This document shows positions 50,881 to 61,487 of a stretch of 64,000 bases of DNA, one piece after another. Each line of letters opens with the position of its first letter. Within the stretch, counting starts at the first letter, position 1. The notes under the pieces were generated by a model that saw only the letters and a program-made list of their open reading frames with translations, made no database searches and was not told the origin of the DNA. The DNA lies in IMG/VR virus record IMGVR_UViG_3300015615_000196, positions 32,001-96,000 of that record; one strand, given 5' to 3'. Source of the stretch: a virus (taxonomy: Duplodnaviria; Caudoviricetes). The translations under genes were made by a program, and so were the position numbers.

Positions 50881-50915
50881 AAAATAAAAAACCCGATCTT
50901 TTTCAGGGATCGGGT
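50881..50915 (-). terminator. Attenuator terminator of tRNA array 2
   Basis: ACCCGAUC...GAUCGGGU followed by a U tract; same stem as 29543-29579. Confidence 0.85.
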
Positions 50916-50941
50916 ATGTTCATATTGTTATGAAATGTCAA

Positions 50942-51007
50942 TTACATACTTTTTCCCTGTCTACTGAAAGACTTCTTATAGGTTTTATATGAATATGACT
51001 TTTTCAT
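50942..51007 (-). CDS. Leader peptide of the Lys/Tyr tRNA array (21 aa)
   Basis: MKKSYSYKTYKKSFSRQGKSM; contains the antiterminator CAGGGA-aaaa-GUAUG. Confidence 0.78.
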   Translation of the reverse strand: MKKSYSYKTYKKSFSRQGKSM

Positions 51008-51027
51008 TGTCGTTGTCAATTGTGGTA

Positions 51028-51066
51028 CAAATGTACACTTAAATACGGGGAAGTCAAGAAAAGGTT
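51028..51066 (-). promoter_or_regulatory. Tandem promoters: AACCTTTT-N11-CGTAT and TAnnTTTG
   Basis: 51043-51066, and TACATTTG at 51028-51035; same layout as array 1. Confidence 0.7.
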
Positions 51067-51281
51067 GCGAAAATTTCTGTCTTTTTTTCCTCAGTAGGTT
51101 TGTTGAAGAACCGTTCGTACTCTCTTATGGAACCTCTGAGCCTTCCTAAAGGACACGGAAGTATCGGGTAACACACCCAATATTCCAGCATTTTTTAAAT
51201 TCTGATTGGCTTGCGCCAGTGCATCTTGAAGGTGTACGATTTGCTCACCGAGTTTATACACCTGCATTTCTCTCAAGTTTC

Positions 51282-51986
51282 TCATATGTCAAAATTGAAT
51301 CCACCTTTTTTCAATTGTTCGTATTTTTCTTTGTTGAACTGGAAGATGATCGCTCGTCTTCCGATGTGACCAGATGTTTTCTTTCTTGTGTTTCGAAGAA
51401 GGTTGTATCCGTTGATCTTCTTCATGAAGTTTCTTCGATCAAGACCTTCTCCAAGAATCGCTTCATAAAGTGCAAAGAGATCACTCATGGTAAATTCTTC
51501 CGGCAAGAGATCAAATCCAATCGGCTCATACTTAATCTTGTTCTGCAATCTTTCGAAAGCATAGGCCATGATCTTGTAATGATCAAATGCAAATTGCAGT
51601 TTGAGGGTGTCTTTGAGTGGGAACCACTTTACTTCTTTTGCATGAAGATTCGGTGACAGAGAATGATTCTCTGGATTGATCAACACGTAGTATGAGATTG
51701 AAATGATTCTTTCTCGTGGATCACGTTTCACATCCGTGAACGTGTAGAGTTGTTCAAGGTACGTGAGATCGATGTTGGTTTCTTCTTTAAGTTTTCGGAT
51801 GACTGCTTTCTCAGCATTCTCCGTGTCCTCAATGAAACCACCGGGTAACGCCCACTTGTTGAGGTACGGCTCAAATGCTCTCTTGATCAAGAGGACATTC
51901 AGCTTCTTCTCAATGTAAGCAAAAACTATCGCGTCAACAGTAACCTTCATTTTCAACAAATTTATCAATTTTTCCTTGAATTCCAA
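51282..51986 (-). CDS. nrtR: Nudix-related transcriptional regulator NrtR
   Basis: VTVDAIVF, WALPGGF, LEQLYTF..RDPR, AFDH; C-terminal wHTH FTMSDL...DRRNF. Confidence 0.9.
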   Translation of the reverse strand: MEFKEKLINLLKMKVTVDAIVFAYIEKKLNVLLIKRAFEPYLNKWALPGGFIEDTENAEKAVIRKLKEETNIDLTYLEQLYTFTDVKRDPRERIISISYYVLINPENHSLSPNLHAKEVKWFPLKDTLKLQFAFDHYKIMAYAFERLQNKIKYEPIGFDLLPEEFTMSDLFALYEAILGEGLDRRNFMKKINGYNLLRNTRKKTSGHIGRRAIIFQFNKEKYEQLKKGGFNFDI

Positions 51987-52389
51987 AGTACTTTTTTATC
52001 GGTAACCAGTCGGTTTCCGCATCGAAACCTGCCTTGTCTTCAAACAGTACGTTGAAGTACGGCTTGTCTTCGTAGTACCCGTAGGTTGTGTTTTTCACAT
52101 CGGGGTTGTTGTTCACGTACTCGAACAGAATACCATGTGAAGCAAAGAAGCCCATATAACGGTCGATCTCCTTCGGATATGAACAGGTAAAGAGTGCAAT
52201 CGTCACGTCCTTACGTCTTGAAAGGTATTGCAGTACTTCCTTGGCGTGAGGATAGAACTTCAACGGATCAGCGTTATTGTAATCCGGGTAGAGGATCGTT
52301 TCGTGAATATCAAAGTAGAAATATACTTTGTCCCATCCACGCTTCTGCATGTTCTTGAATGTCTTGTCGATTGCTTTGAGTACGCTCAT
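51934..52389 (-). CDS. HAD-like hypothetical protein
   Basis: FDIHETIL...KPYFNVLFEDKAGF. Confidence 0.6.
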   Translation of the reverse strand: MSVLKAIDKTFKNMQKRGWDKVYFYFDIHETILYPDYNNADPLKFYPHAKEVLQYLSRRKDVTIALFTCSYPKEIDRYMGFFASHGILFEYVNNNPDVKNTTYGYYEDKPYFNVLFEDKAGFDAETDWLPIKKYFGIQGKIDKFVENEGYC

Positions 52390-53297
52390 TGTGTCAAAAT
52401 TGTTTTAAGTGCTTTATGGAATTCTCCTGCTACTTCAACTTCTTTGAAGCCGATGTAGCTTTTTGCTTGCTCTGGATATGGCAATGTATTTGTTGTATAC
52501 ACAAACGGTGTATGAGGGCATACAGCAAACTTAGTCACTGCAACACCAGAAAACAAACCGTGTGCAGCAAAAACATATACGTTTTTCGCTCCGTTTTCTT
52601 TTAGGGTATCGATTGCTTTCAGGATCGTTCCACCTGTGTCGATCATGTCGTCCACAAGAATTACATCACAATCAGTAACGTCTCCTATCAAGGTCATCTT
52701 CTCAACCTTGTTTGCTTCCTTTCTTTCCTTGTCGATTATCGCGAAACCACAACCTAATGCCTGTGCATATTTCTTTGCACGTTTCATTCCACCCAAGTCA
52801 GGAGAAATGATTTTCGGGTTCTTGAGATCGATGGCTTTGATTTCATCAACCAGCAATCCCATTGGATCGAGATTGTAGAATGGTATCTTGTAGAACCCTT
52901 CAATGGCTGTTGTGTGAACATCCATTGTAACCAGTCGATCAAGACCAGCTACTTGAAGCATATCAGCAAGCAAACGTGCTGAGATCGTAGTCCTAACCTT
53001 TTCTTCTCTGCGTTCCTGACGAGAGTGTGGAAGGTATGGGATAATGCCAATGATCTCCCGTGCACTTGCTCTACGAGCAGCGTCAATGGTTTCAAGAAGT
53101 TCGAAAATGTCTTCATACGTTCTTGGTTGTGACACAACCACAATCGATTCATTACGAACCGATTCTTCAATGACAACGGTGATCTCACCATTGGCAAATT
53201 TGGTTTTGTGAATTTGACCAAGAGTATATCCAGCATTACACTTTACAAGTTTCTTGGTGAATTCTTCGCTGTTCGATTGTGGGAATATCTTTACCAT
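52386..53297 (-). CDS. prs: Ribose-phosphate pyrophosphokinase
   Basis: FANGE, PYLPHSRQER, MDVH, SPDLGG and VDDMIDTGGT motifs. Confidence 0.93.
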   Translation of the reverse strand: MVKIFPQSNSEEFTKKLVKCNAGYTLGQIHKTKFANGEITVVIEESVRNESIVVVSQPRTYEDIFELLETIDAARRASAREIIGIIPYLPHSRQERREEKVRTTISARLLADMLQVAGLDRLVTMDVHTTAIEGFYKIPFYNLDPMGLLVDEIKAIDLKNPKIISPDLGGMKRAKKYAQALGCGFAIIDKERKEANKVEKMTLIGDVTDCDVILVDDMIDTGGTILKAIDTLKENGAKNVYVFAAHGLFSGVAVTKFAVCPHTPFVYTTNTLPYPEQAKSYIGFKEVEVAGEFHKALKTILTQ

Positions 53298-53604
53298 GAT
53301 TACATGAATTTAATGACTTTCAAAATTTGTTCGTAGGACATTTCGTTTAGCATGTTCTCGGCTTTCTCCAAGTACTGCCTTCTTGACGATCCCGGATTCT
53401 TCCAGCTTTCGTAAAACCAACCACACTGGTCTTCGTGTGCCCAATGACATTGTTTCTCGTGCAAGAGTTCTGCAACCCTTTGTACTTCTGTCAAACCATT
53501 GAAAGCAACTCTCTGTGCTTTCAAATCTCGAATTTGTTTTTCGAGTTCAAGGATTTTGTCGTCAATATCAAAAATCTTCATAACCGTAAGTTTAAAGAAG
53601 TGGC

Positions 53605-55245
53605 TTACGCAGCCACTTCTTGATGTTGATACTTATTCAGCAATGCTTCTCTTGTGTCGAGTACGAACTTGCTTGCAGGGTAGTTCTTGTTCTCTGCGGT
53701 TTCGAGAGAATTCGGCATCGAATTGAATTGCTCTTTAATTCTTGCCTTTATCGTCAAGAAATCATCATCTTGACCTACACCATATGGTTCTTCAATTCGA
53801 GCACCGTTGAAGTACTCAACCATTGCGTTCTCGCCTTCTTCATTTGCGTTCACGATGGTTTCTTTGTTTGCAATGGCTTCGGCAGAACGAAGAACTTTGA
53901 ATGGGCCGGGTAATGTGGTCTTACCCACTTCACCGAATTTAACCACTGGCTTGTCATCAGTTCCAACTGCACAAAGTGCGTATTTGGCAGAAAGGTTGTC
54001 GCGTTTCAGTGCGTTTCTCAAACCACCACCAACACCGAACAATCCCCATGAGTAAGGCATGAAACCTCTTTCGATCATTGCATCGATGATGGTTTTCATT
54101 TCACCGAAGGTCATACCGTCCCCTTCAATGAAGTGGAGAGTAGTAGCGAATTTCCATTCTTTACCTGCAATTACTTTGGTTGTAAACAAACCATTGTCCA
54201 CTGCAAGTTGGCAAGTCCAAAGAACTTGTTCAAGTGCATCACCAGAGTCAGGACGAGCAACTACGATCTTGCCGTTGTTTTCGGCAACGCTACGCTTTGC
54301 AAGCGGGAGGTGATAGTTCTTTACTGCATAGAAGTAATCGTAGCAGTCACCAACCATTGAAACAAGTTCATCGTTAGCAGATGCTTCGTAGATTGCAGTG
54401 TAGCAATCACCTTCGAATTCGTATGATTGAACGTTTCTGTGTGCAAGTGCATTCACAGAAGAGAAAATTCCAGTCGTGTCTTTTCCTTCACTGTTCTTGT
54501 ATGCTTGGTATGCACCAGCAAACGTGTCAGTTCCACCGAAGGTGTACAGGTGAACCATTCCGAGCATTTCTGATTCCTCAGCAACGATACCAGCACGATC
54601 ACCAAAGTCGTGAAGCATGATACTGGCAAAGAAGTCAGCTTCGGCATCACTCAATTCAGGATTGATTCTCTTGAAGGTACTCTTCAAGTATGCAAACCAG
54701 TGTTGATTTTGCGTTACACGCTCACTTGCTGCCCATACGTGCAAAAGTTTGCTTTCAAACCATGCACCAAGTACACCAACTTGTTCTTCGGTCAAACCGA
54801 CACTGGTAACTTGAATTACGGGTTCGTTCGGGTATACCACGCTACCTTCCGGCATGGCAAGGATTTGAATCGGAGGACGACCGTTGTATTTGTCAACAAC
54901 CAATCTCCACAGTTCTTCCGGCACATAGAATCTCTTGAATCCTTTGGTAGTGACTTTCGCCATCTTCAAGAATTCAATTGCTTCATCGATCTCAGCATGT
55001 GTGATCGGTTCGTAGAACAGTTTATCCAGAATTGGTTGCAGACCATTGAAAATGATCTTGTCATTTCCCTTCACATAAAGTTCAGGGTTGATCGATGCCA
55101 ATCGTCTGCGGAAGGTAATGTAGTAGGTCGATTTATCTTTTGCATCTTGGCTTTCGAATGGATTTGAACCAATCGTGTATGCGTCTGCAACTAAAAGTCT
55201 CGGAGTTTTGTGGACTCTGCGCTTGGGTAATTTAACGGTTTTCAT
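53605..55245 (-). CDS. nadV: Nicotinamide phosphoribosyltransferase (NAMPT/NadV-like)
   Basis: LHDFGDRA, GTDT, VGDCYD, RPDSGD, IEGDG, FGVGGGL and RDNLSAK motifs. Confidence 0.88.
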   Translation of the reverse strand: MKTVKLPKRRVHKTPRLLVADAYTIGSNPFESQDAKDKSTYYITFRRRLASINPELYVKGNDKIIFNGLQPILDKLFYEPITHAEIDEAIEFLKMAKVTTKGFKRFYVPEELWRLVVDKYNGRPPIQILAMPEGSVVYPNEPVIQVTSVGLTEEQVGVLGAWFESKLLHVWAASERVTQNQHWFAYLKSTFKRINPELSDAEADFFASIMLHDFGDRAGIVAEESEMLGMVHLYTFGGTDTFAGAYQAYKNSEGKDTTGIFSSVNALAHRNVQSYEFEGDCYTAIYEASANDELVSMVGDCYDYFYAVKNYHLPLAKRSVAENNGKIVVARPDSGDALEQVLWTCQLAVDNGLFTTKVIAGKEWKFATTLHFIEGDGMTFGEMKTIIDAMIERGFMPYSWGLFGVGGGLRNALKRDNLSAKYALCAVGTDDKPVVKFGEVGKTTLPGPFKVLRSAEAIANKETIVNANEEGENAMVEYFNGARIEEPYGVGQDDDFLTIKARIKEQFNSMPNSLETAENKNYPASKFVLDTREALLNKYQHQEVAA

Positions 55246-55269
55246 ATCAGTAAGTGTTTATTGTAATTG

Positions 55270-56184
55270 TTATTTCGTGAGTTTGTGCTTCAAGAGTGCA
55301 AGCAAATGTTGATGTTCCCCAACTACTTCGGTAGCGTTGAGTGTCTTCACATTGAACCAACGTACTTCTGTGATGTCATCATTTGCTTTTTCTGAACCAC
55401 CACCGAAAACTTTCTTTGCTTTGAAGAACGTAGTCATGATTGATCTTCCGTTTTCCGAACGGTATCTCCAATCTTTTACTTTTGCCGAAGCGATGTACTG
55501 GATGTCATCGATTTCAACACCAGTTTCTTCGTATGCTTCTCTGCGAACAGTTTGTTCGAGACTTTCATCTGCAACATCAGCGAAACCACCAATGAAACGG
55601 AATTCAACTTCGTCTTTCTTACGGCCAAGCAGAACCTGACTTTCGTCTTCATTCATGATGGCTACATCGATTGTCGGGTGAACGAAGTCGTAGGTATTGT
55701 AGCAAGCGTAGATTACACCAGCACGAAATTCTTTGATACGTTCCACCTTCTTTGAAACCGACTTTCTGATTTCGGTAGCAGACACCATTGATTGTGGAAC
55801 AAGTTCGTTTACATCAAATTTGCCGTGATAGTGAGGGATGAATGAATCGCGTGATCCGTAAAGAACGACTGAACCAAGTGGAAATACTTCTCTGATCTTG
55901 GTATCAACTTGTGCTGACCATACGTTGTCTGATTTCTTGTCGTGTAACGGAAGAATCATTGAGATTTTGTTTCCGTAGACTTCTTCAAACATTACCTTTC
56001 TTGACATGAAGTCAAGTGGATTTGTTTTTGTTGAGAGTGTGGGTGATACCCCTAAGAAAAGGAGAACCCTTTCGTGGCGACTGATAACTTCATCGATCAG
56101 TGCCTTGTGTGCTTCGTGGAGTTCATGGATTTGAAAACGTCCGATGATGACTCCGATGTCGTATTTTTTCTTTAAGTCTTCCAT
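55270..56184 (-). CDS. nadM: Bifunctional NMN adenylyltransferase / ADP-ribose Nudix hydrolase
   Basis: IGRFQIHELHEAH, NPL and SATEIR; Nudix box GG...ESLEQTVRREAYEETG. Confidence 0.9.
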   Translation of the reverse strand: MEDLKKKYDIGVIIGRFQIHELHEAHKALIDEVISRHERVLLFLGVSPTLSTKTNPLDFMSRKVMFEEVYGNKISMILPLHDKKSDNVWSAQVDTKIREVFPLGSVVLYGSRDSFIPHYHGKFDVNELVPQSMVSATEIRKSVSKKVERIKEFRAGVIYACYNTYDFVHPTIDVAIMNEDESQVLLGRKKDEVEFRFIGGFADVADESLEQTVRREAYEETGVEIDDIQYIASAKVKDWRYRSENGRSIMTTFFKAKKVFGGGSEKANDDITEVRWFNVKTLNATEVVGEHQHLLALLKHKLTK

Positions 56185-57013
56185 ACTACTTTTGGATTAA
56201 TAAGCGTGATTCTTCGTTGAGTTTATTTTCGTTGACCATCAATACGATGTCTTCAACTGAGAAGTGCGGATTTGCAATACGCACGTTTTTGTATTTGAAA
56301 AATTCTCTGGTCTCGTGATCTTCGGCAGCTTGAATTGCTTTGAGTACGCTGTAGACGATTTCAGTGGTGGTCATGTGGAATGACATTGCCCACTTTCTAC
56401 ATTTTTGTTTTTCAAGGTTTCCGGTCTTTTCATCTTCACCATCAAAAATCACCTGAATCATAGGGCGATCTCCATCCATAAAGGTCAGTACTTCCCATCC
56501 CTTTTTATAGGTGATGTTAGCTACTACGTTCTTTATGTCTTCGAGTGTATTCATATTCCTGTAATTTTTACACAAATTCAAGTGGTCAAATAAAAATGGC
56601 TCTTTCGCCATCATCTATAAATACGTGTAATTCATGTCAAAGTTACACAAATTACTTACGCTGTCAACAAAAATCTTCAAATATCTCATAAGTGCCTGAT
56701 ATTCAGGCCAATTATTTTCAACACATGTTCTCGATTTCGTCCTGAAAAAGGAAGATTTGCTCCTTATACCACAGTATGTTGTCGTAATTGGGACGTTCTT
56801 CATCGGTGAACTTTTTGATTAGGACTTCCACCCTCTTTAACTGGTCAGTACCCTCAAAAATGTCCTTGTACCAGAATTGGGTATAGCAGTAGAAATACCC
56901 GATTTCACTCAGCATTATTGTGCGGAGTTGCTTTGTATCATCCGGCAGGTGTTTGTAGGTATTGGGGTCATCCAAATCTACCGTTTGTCCAAAGGGACTG
57001 GTTCTGAATTCTC

Positions 57014-57619
57014 TCATTTGAATAGGGTAGCAATCATCAGGAAATGTTCTCCTTCGGTTGCTGGTAATGTGGTGTAACCGTCTTTGAGACGAATACCTTT
57101 GATCGTATCACCAAACTTGTCATGGAAGTCAATTTGGTCGATCACTTCACCGATGTCCGGTTTCAAGAAGAATCGTGAACTTGATTTTACGAGAAACATG
57201 ATGTCCTTGTATTCCCTCAAACCTTCAACGAGTTTCTCTTCCGTTTTTGTTGCATCAAAAGTCAATGAAACGTTTCTCGGCTTTTCCAGTACTTTTTTCA
57301 TTGCCTCTTCATTGAGAGGATAGTAGCCATGTACAGTACCAACTCCTTTGTTTTCAAGAACAACAATCTTGGCATGACTCAGGAACTTGCGAATGTCTTC
57401 GTCAGTAGACTTACCGTACTTGTAGTACAGTCCGCTCAAATCGTAAGGAGGAAGTTTTTTCTTCTGCTCCTGCTCGAACGCAAACTCTTGGTGTGCATCC
57501 CCCAAGAAATGAAGACACGCAGTCTTTATTTTTTCGGGATCGGGATGTTGCAGAAAATACGACCGGAGGTCTTCAATGCTGTTGAATTGATCCACCGTGA
57601 TTTTTTCAGTCGTTTCCAT
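57014..57619 (-). CDS. Hypothetical protein
   Basis: ORF in a packed operon. Confidence 0.6.
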   Translation of the reverse strand: METTEKITVDQFNSIEDLRSYFLQHPDPEKIKTACLHFLGDAHQEFAFEQEQKKKLPPYDLSGLYYKYGKSTDEDIRKFLSHAKIVVLENKGVGTVHGYYPLNEEAMKKVLEKPRNVSLTFDATKTEEKLVEGLREYKDIMFLVKSSSRFFLKPDIGEVIDQIDFHDKFGDTIKGIRLKDGYTTLPATEGEHFLMIATLFK

Positions 57620-58185
57620 TATTGAGTTGTTTTAAGATTTCCTTCTTTCCTTGTTGCCGTGCACTTTTCTTGAGTGAACGGTTTGCATTACGGGCTTCAT
57701 CCCGTGATGCTTTGGTAGCGTATTTACGTTCACCGATGATCTCTCCTTCAAACTTACCCTTCTTGCCTTTGGCATTGTAAGGGGTTAAATTCTTCGTCCT
57801 ACTCATGACGATTTCGTTTTTTTGAAATTATGGCTCTCACTTTTTTCCGAGACAAAACAGCTTCGCTCAGTTCTTCTTTTGTTATACGCTTCTCGGCCAA
57901 AAGTTTATCCGTAAACTTATTGAAAAGATACAAACTATGGTTCCTGACTTCCAGTTGATCTATCGCCTTGTTCATTTTCTTGCGATAGTGATTGACTTTC
58001 TTGTCAAGAGTCGATATGCTTTTCTTCGTTATCATTTGGTTTTTCGGTCTTTGCTTTTTCAAAAGCAGTGGAGATCGTGTTGACAATCTCCACCACTTGT
58101 TTATGTAAGTAACTATTTTGGTTCACACCAAAAAACTTGGCAGCACTTGCAGAATGAACCAGCCGATATATTTCTTCCTTGTCCA

Positions 58186-59295
58186 TTACGCTTCATCATC
58201 TTGGAAGAATGGCTTCGACCATTCCGGTTCAAGTACTCTCCAAATAAGGTTCGCATATTCTCTTCCTTCAAACATTTTGAAAGCCACAGCAGAGTTACCA
58301 ACTTTGTTTCTCAAAATGATTTCAGCAAACTCCTTCTTTGAAGTTGGGTCTTTCATGGTTTGCTTTACAAGATCAACACGAGCCTTTTCTCTCCATTCCA
58401 TGTCCTTGTATTGCTCTGTAAGCAAAGCAACTTGCTTTCTGACCCATTCATCGAATTCGTCAGGTGTACGATCAAGCAATTCGTTGATGCTTCTACCGTC
58501 TCTCAAACACATCCAAATATCTTTGGTAGATACGTTGGTGATGATCGAGTGCAAACGGCAGTAGTCTTCGAACTTCAATTTCATACGGAAGTTACCACGT
58601 CTCATGACATAACCTTCTTCGTTAAGAACGTTACGTGCCTTCAATTCAGCGATGTCGGTAATCGGACTGTATCTCTTTACGATTTCCATCTGTGGACATT
58701 CCACAGCCATCTTAGCGACCATTTCATCGTAAGTGAAGTCGTAACCAGTTCCCCGGTCGATGATTCCCAACAACACCAATCTTTCAGCACCGTTGTAGTC
58801 AACCACAATTCGGTTTGTTGGATAAATGATTTCAACCAAGTACGTGTTGTGCTTGTTCATTTTAGACAACTCATATCTCTTCAACATTTCTGTTGCATAG
58901 ATCGCCTGATCTGACTTGAAGCTACCTCTGGTTGCGATGTGCCAAATATCTGCGTAGTTGAAAATGATTCCAAGAGAACCATCCATCTTGTCGTAGATTT
59001 CGTAGGCATTGAACGGAAGCAATGACTTCAATCCGTAAAATTGTTCAGCGTAGGATGAACCAGCAACTGTCAATAGTTCTTCGTAGTTGAAAAACTTCAT
59101 GAACGGAATAGCTACCGTGTCGTAGTTCTGGTCGATGACAAGTCCACGAGAAAGCAAAGTATATTCGTTCCACATACGTTCAAACTGTGCTTGACGTGTG
59201 TAGTTCAAAATCTGCAAAGGATAGTCAGGATGGGTGTTCGCCATCAAATATCCTTCGGCAATCATGGACAATATCTTATCCTTATCGAGTCTCAT
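58186..59295 (-). CDS. rnlA: RNA ligase 1 (T4 RnlA-like)
   Basis: SRGLV, KFFNY, DKMDGSLG, ATRGSF, EGYV and MKLKFEDY motifs. Confidence 0.92.
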   Translation of the reverse strand: MRLDKDKILSMIAEGYLMANTHPDYPLQILNYTRQAQFERMWNEYTLLSRGLVIDQNYDTVAIPFMKFFNYEELLTVAGSSYAEQFYGLKSLLPFNAYEIYDKMDGSLGIIFNYADIWHIATRGSFKSDQAIYATEMLKRYELSKMNKHNTYLVEIIYPTNRIVVDYNGAERLVLLGIIDRGTGYDFTYDEMVAKMAVECPQMEIVKRYSPITDIAELKARNVLNEEGYVMRRGNFRMKLKFEDYCRLHSIITNVSTKDIWMCLRDGRSINELLDRTPDEFDEWVRKQVALLTEQYKDMEWREKARVDLVKQTMKDPTSKKEFAEIILRNKVGNSAVAFKMFEGREYANLIWRVLEPEWSKPFFQDDEA

Positions 59296-59305
59296 ACCCG
59301 TAATT

Positions 59306-59329
59306 ATACGCAAAACTTGTCAAAAGGTT
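59306..59329 (-). promoter_or_regulatory. AACCTTTT-N11-CGTAT promoter
   Basis: Motif copy directly upstream of rnlA. Confidence 0.7.
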
Positions 59330-60504
59330 GCATTAGGCTTTACCGAATTTCTTGAAGTACTCTTTGCAGTACTTCTCAGAAACAGACTGTACACAAATCC
59401 CCGTAACAAAGATTCCTGTAAGGGTATTGTATGCCACGTACTGTTCGTTCTGACGGTCGAATGCAATGTGGATGGTCTTATGTTTGGCAGTCTTAGACAT
59501 TTTCTTCTGTTAAAAGCAGAATGATTGAACGCAATCTCTCTGCGGTGTTGACGTGATGTGCGATAGCTGTAGTAAACGCTTTTGATTTGACCGTGTACTT
59601 TTTCAACTTCCCACTTTTCAATTGTTTGAATCCCACTGCCTCAGTTTCCGGTTCGTGGATCATCAAGATACCACAATTCGGATTTTGAGCAGGGAATCGT
59701 TTCGTTCCATTAATGAAACGAAATTCATAACGGTAGAATGGGGGTTGCATTCGCCACACTGTTCGTCCAATCACATCCGGCTTCTCCATCGGAGTGAAGC
59801 CGTAGTTCTTTAAGATTTCATCCGTGATCTTGTTGTATCTGGTCAACGGATAACCGACAATATCGTATGCCCGTTTACGGGTTTCTTCTTTCTGTGCTGT
59901 CTTTTTCATAAAGTTCAAGTTTACGTTTTAATGCTTCTACGGTAAGACTGTCTTTAACATATTGCATTCGGTCATATTTTTTGTCTCGTCTATTGCTTTC
60001 TTCAATGTGGTCGCTTATCGCAGTCGCGAAGGACACCGCACCAACAATGAAGGTCAATGCAGCAATCACAACGATAAACACCTGCACGTATAACCAAATG
60101 TCCTTTAATATTTTAACGAGCCTATCCATTCTTCAATTTTGATTTGATCTGTTTTATTTTCAAGAAGATCATATCTCTTGAAAGTGCTGTGTTCTTGAAT
60201 TGACTCAGGTACTTTCCATCTTGATACGGATAGCAAGTCAGCACATCGTACAGATTATAGGTTCCTTTTCGTTTCTTGGCGATGAAAATTACGTTCTCCG
60301 CTTTGATTATGGTTAACCCCAACTGCCCATACTTCTCATACAGGTAGAGGATATATCGGGGACAATCATCGTAAACTTTGTTCGTGATGTCTGCTCCGGT
60401 AATCATCTGCTTGATGATTGTGATATTGAGATTGTCAACAGAGTTTAGTCCATTGAGAATACGTTCAACGTATCTTTCTCGGCAGTGTTGTGTTAACCAG
60501 AATT

Positions 60505-61230
60505 TCATAACTCAAGTTCGTAAAAGAATTTCCACAATGGTAAATTATCCGTCTCACGATCCAAGTACTTTCTCAACACATCAATGTAGGTGATAGAACC
60601 ATGCTCGTCTCCAAATTTTGTGATGAAGTCGATTGGTGTGTGTCCTACGATTTGGTGATACCCCGGCAAATATCTGTGCATGGTCTCTTTACGATCTGCC
60701 CATGTGATACCCCCATGTTCCAAATATCCACCACGAAGTTCACCGACTTGATGAAGGATTTCATTGTCCTTTGTTTGCATGATCAAGTTCAACGTCTCAG
60801 CAAGATTCTTTGTCTCGAATTTTTGAGCATAATCATCAATCATTGCTTTGTTGTATTCGTACCATCCTTTGCTGATGCCAGCGTGTGTCCAAATGTAATT
60901 GTCAATTTGAAACGCCATCTGGAACAGATGTTTTTTCTCCATGAACAACTCATGAGCGAACGCATATATCTCAGGACGAAAACCAGTACAACCAAAGTAA
61001 TCGTGACTCCAAAAATATTGGGCATCATGATTGCCGAGAAGATTGACAATCTTATCTGGATGTGCTTCTCTAAATGCAATAATGTCCCGTAAGTTCTCCA
61101 ATGTTTTTTGTGCATTGTAAACATACGAATCCATGTAATCTCCGTTGAACACAATTTTATCGTACTTCGATGGATCGATGTCTTTCCAGTACGGCCTTCC
61201 GTGAATATCTCCTATAGAAACTATTTTCAT
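60505..61230 (-). CDS. Metallophosphoesterase
   Basis: GDIHG, GDYMD, LGNHD, THAG and GHTP motifs. Confidence 0.92.
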   Translation of the reverse strand: MKIVSIGDIHGRPYWKDIDPSKYDKIVFNGDYMDSYVYNAQKTLENLRDIIAFREAHPDKIVNLLGNHDAQYFWSHDYFGCTGFRPEIYAFAHELFMEKKHLFQMAFQIDNYIWTHAGISKGWYEYNKAMIDDYAQKFETKNLAETLNLIMQTKDNEILHQVGELRGGYLEHGGITWADRKETMHRYLPGYHQIVGHTPIDFITKFGDEHGSITYIDVLRKYLDRETDNLPLWKFFYELEL

Positions 61231-61487
61231 GCTTTCTTAAACCTCTCGGTTTTTGCTTCTCTGTTTAAGTTATCTTTGGTTTCAACTTCTTCAAACCATT
61301 CGCTCAAAGGACGAACGTGTACACTACCAAATAAAACTGATCGGTAGACAACTACAGGGGAATCATCCCTTGAATCCGTTGCCATACTGATCACTGTATA
61401 CAATCCACCTTTGTAGTGCTGGTACACTTCTTCCGGCTTTGGATAGTTTACCCAAGCCTGTGATTCACTTTGACCCATGTGTCTCAT
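61227..61487 (-). CDS. DUF1653-like protein
   Basis: YQHYKGGLY...VVYR...VRPLSEW. Confidence 0.75.
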   Translation of the reverse strand: MRHMGQSESQAWVNYPKPEEVYQHYKGGLYTVISMATDSRDDSPVVVYRSVLFGSVHVRPLSEWFEEVETKDNLNREAKTERFKKA

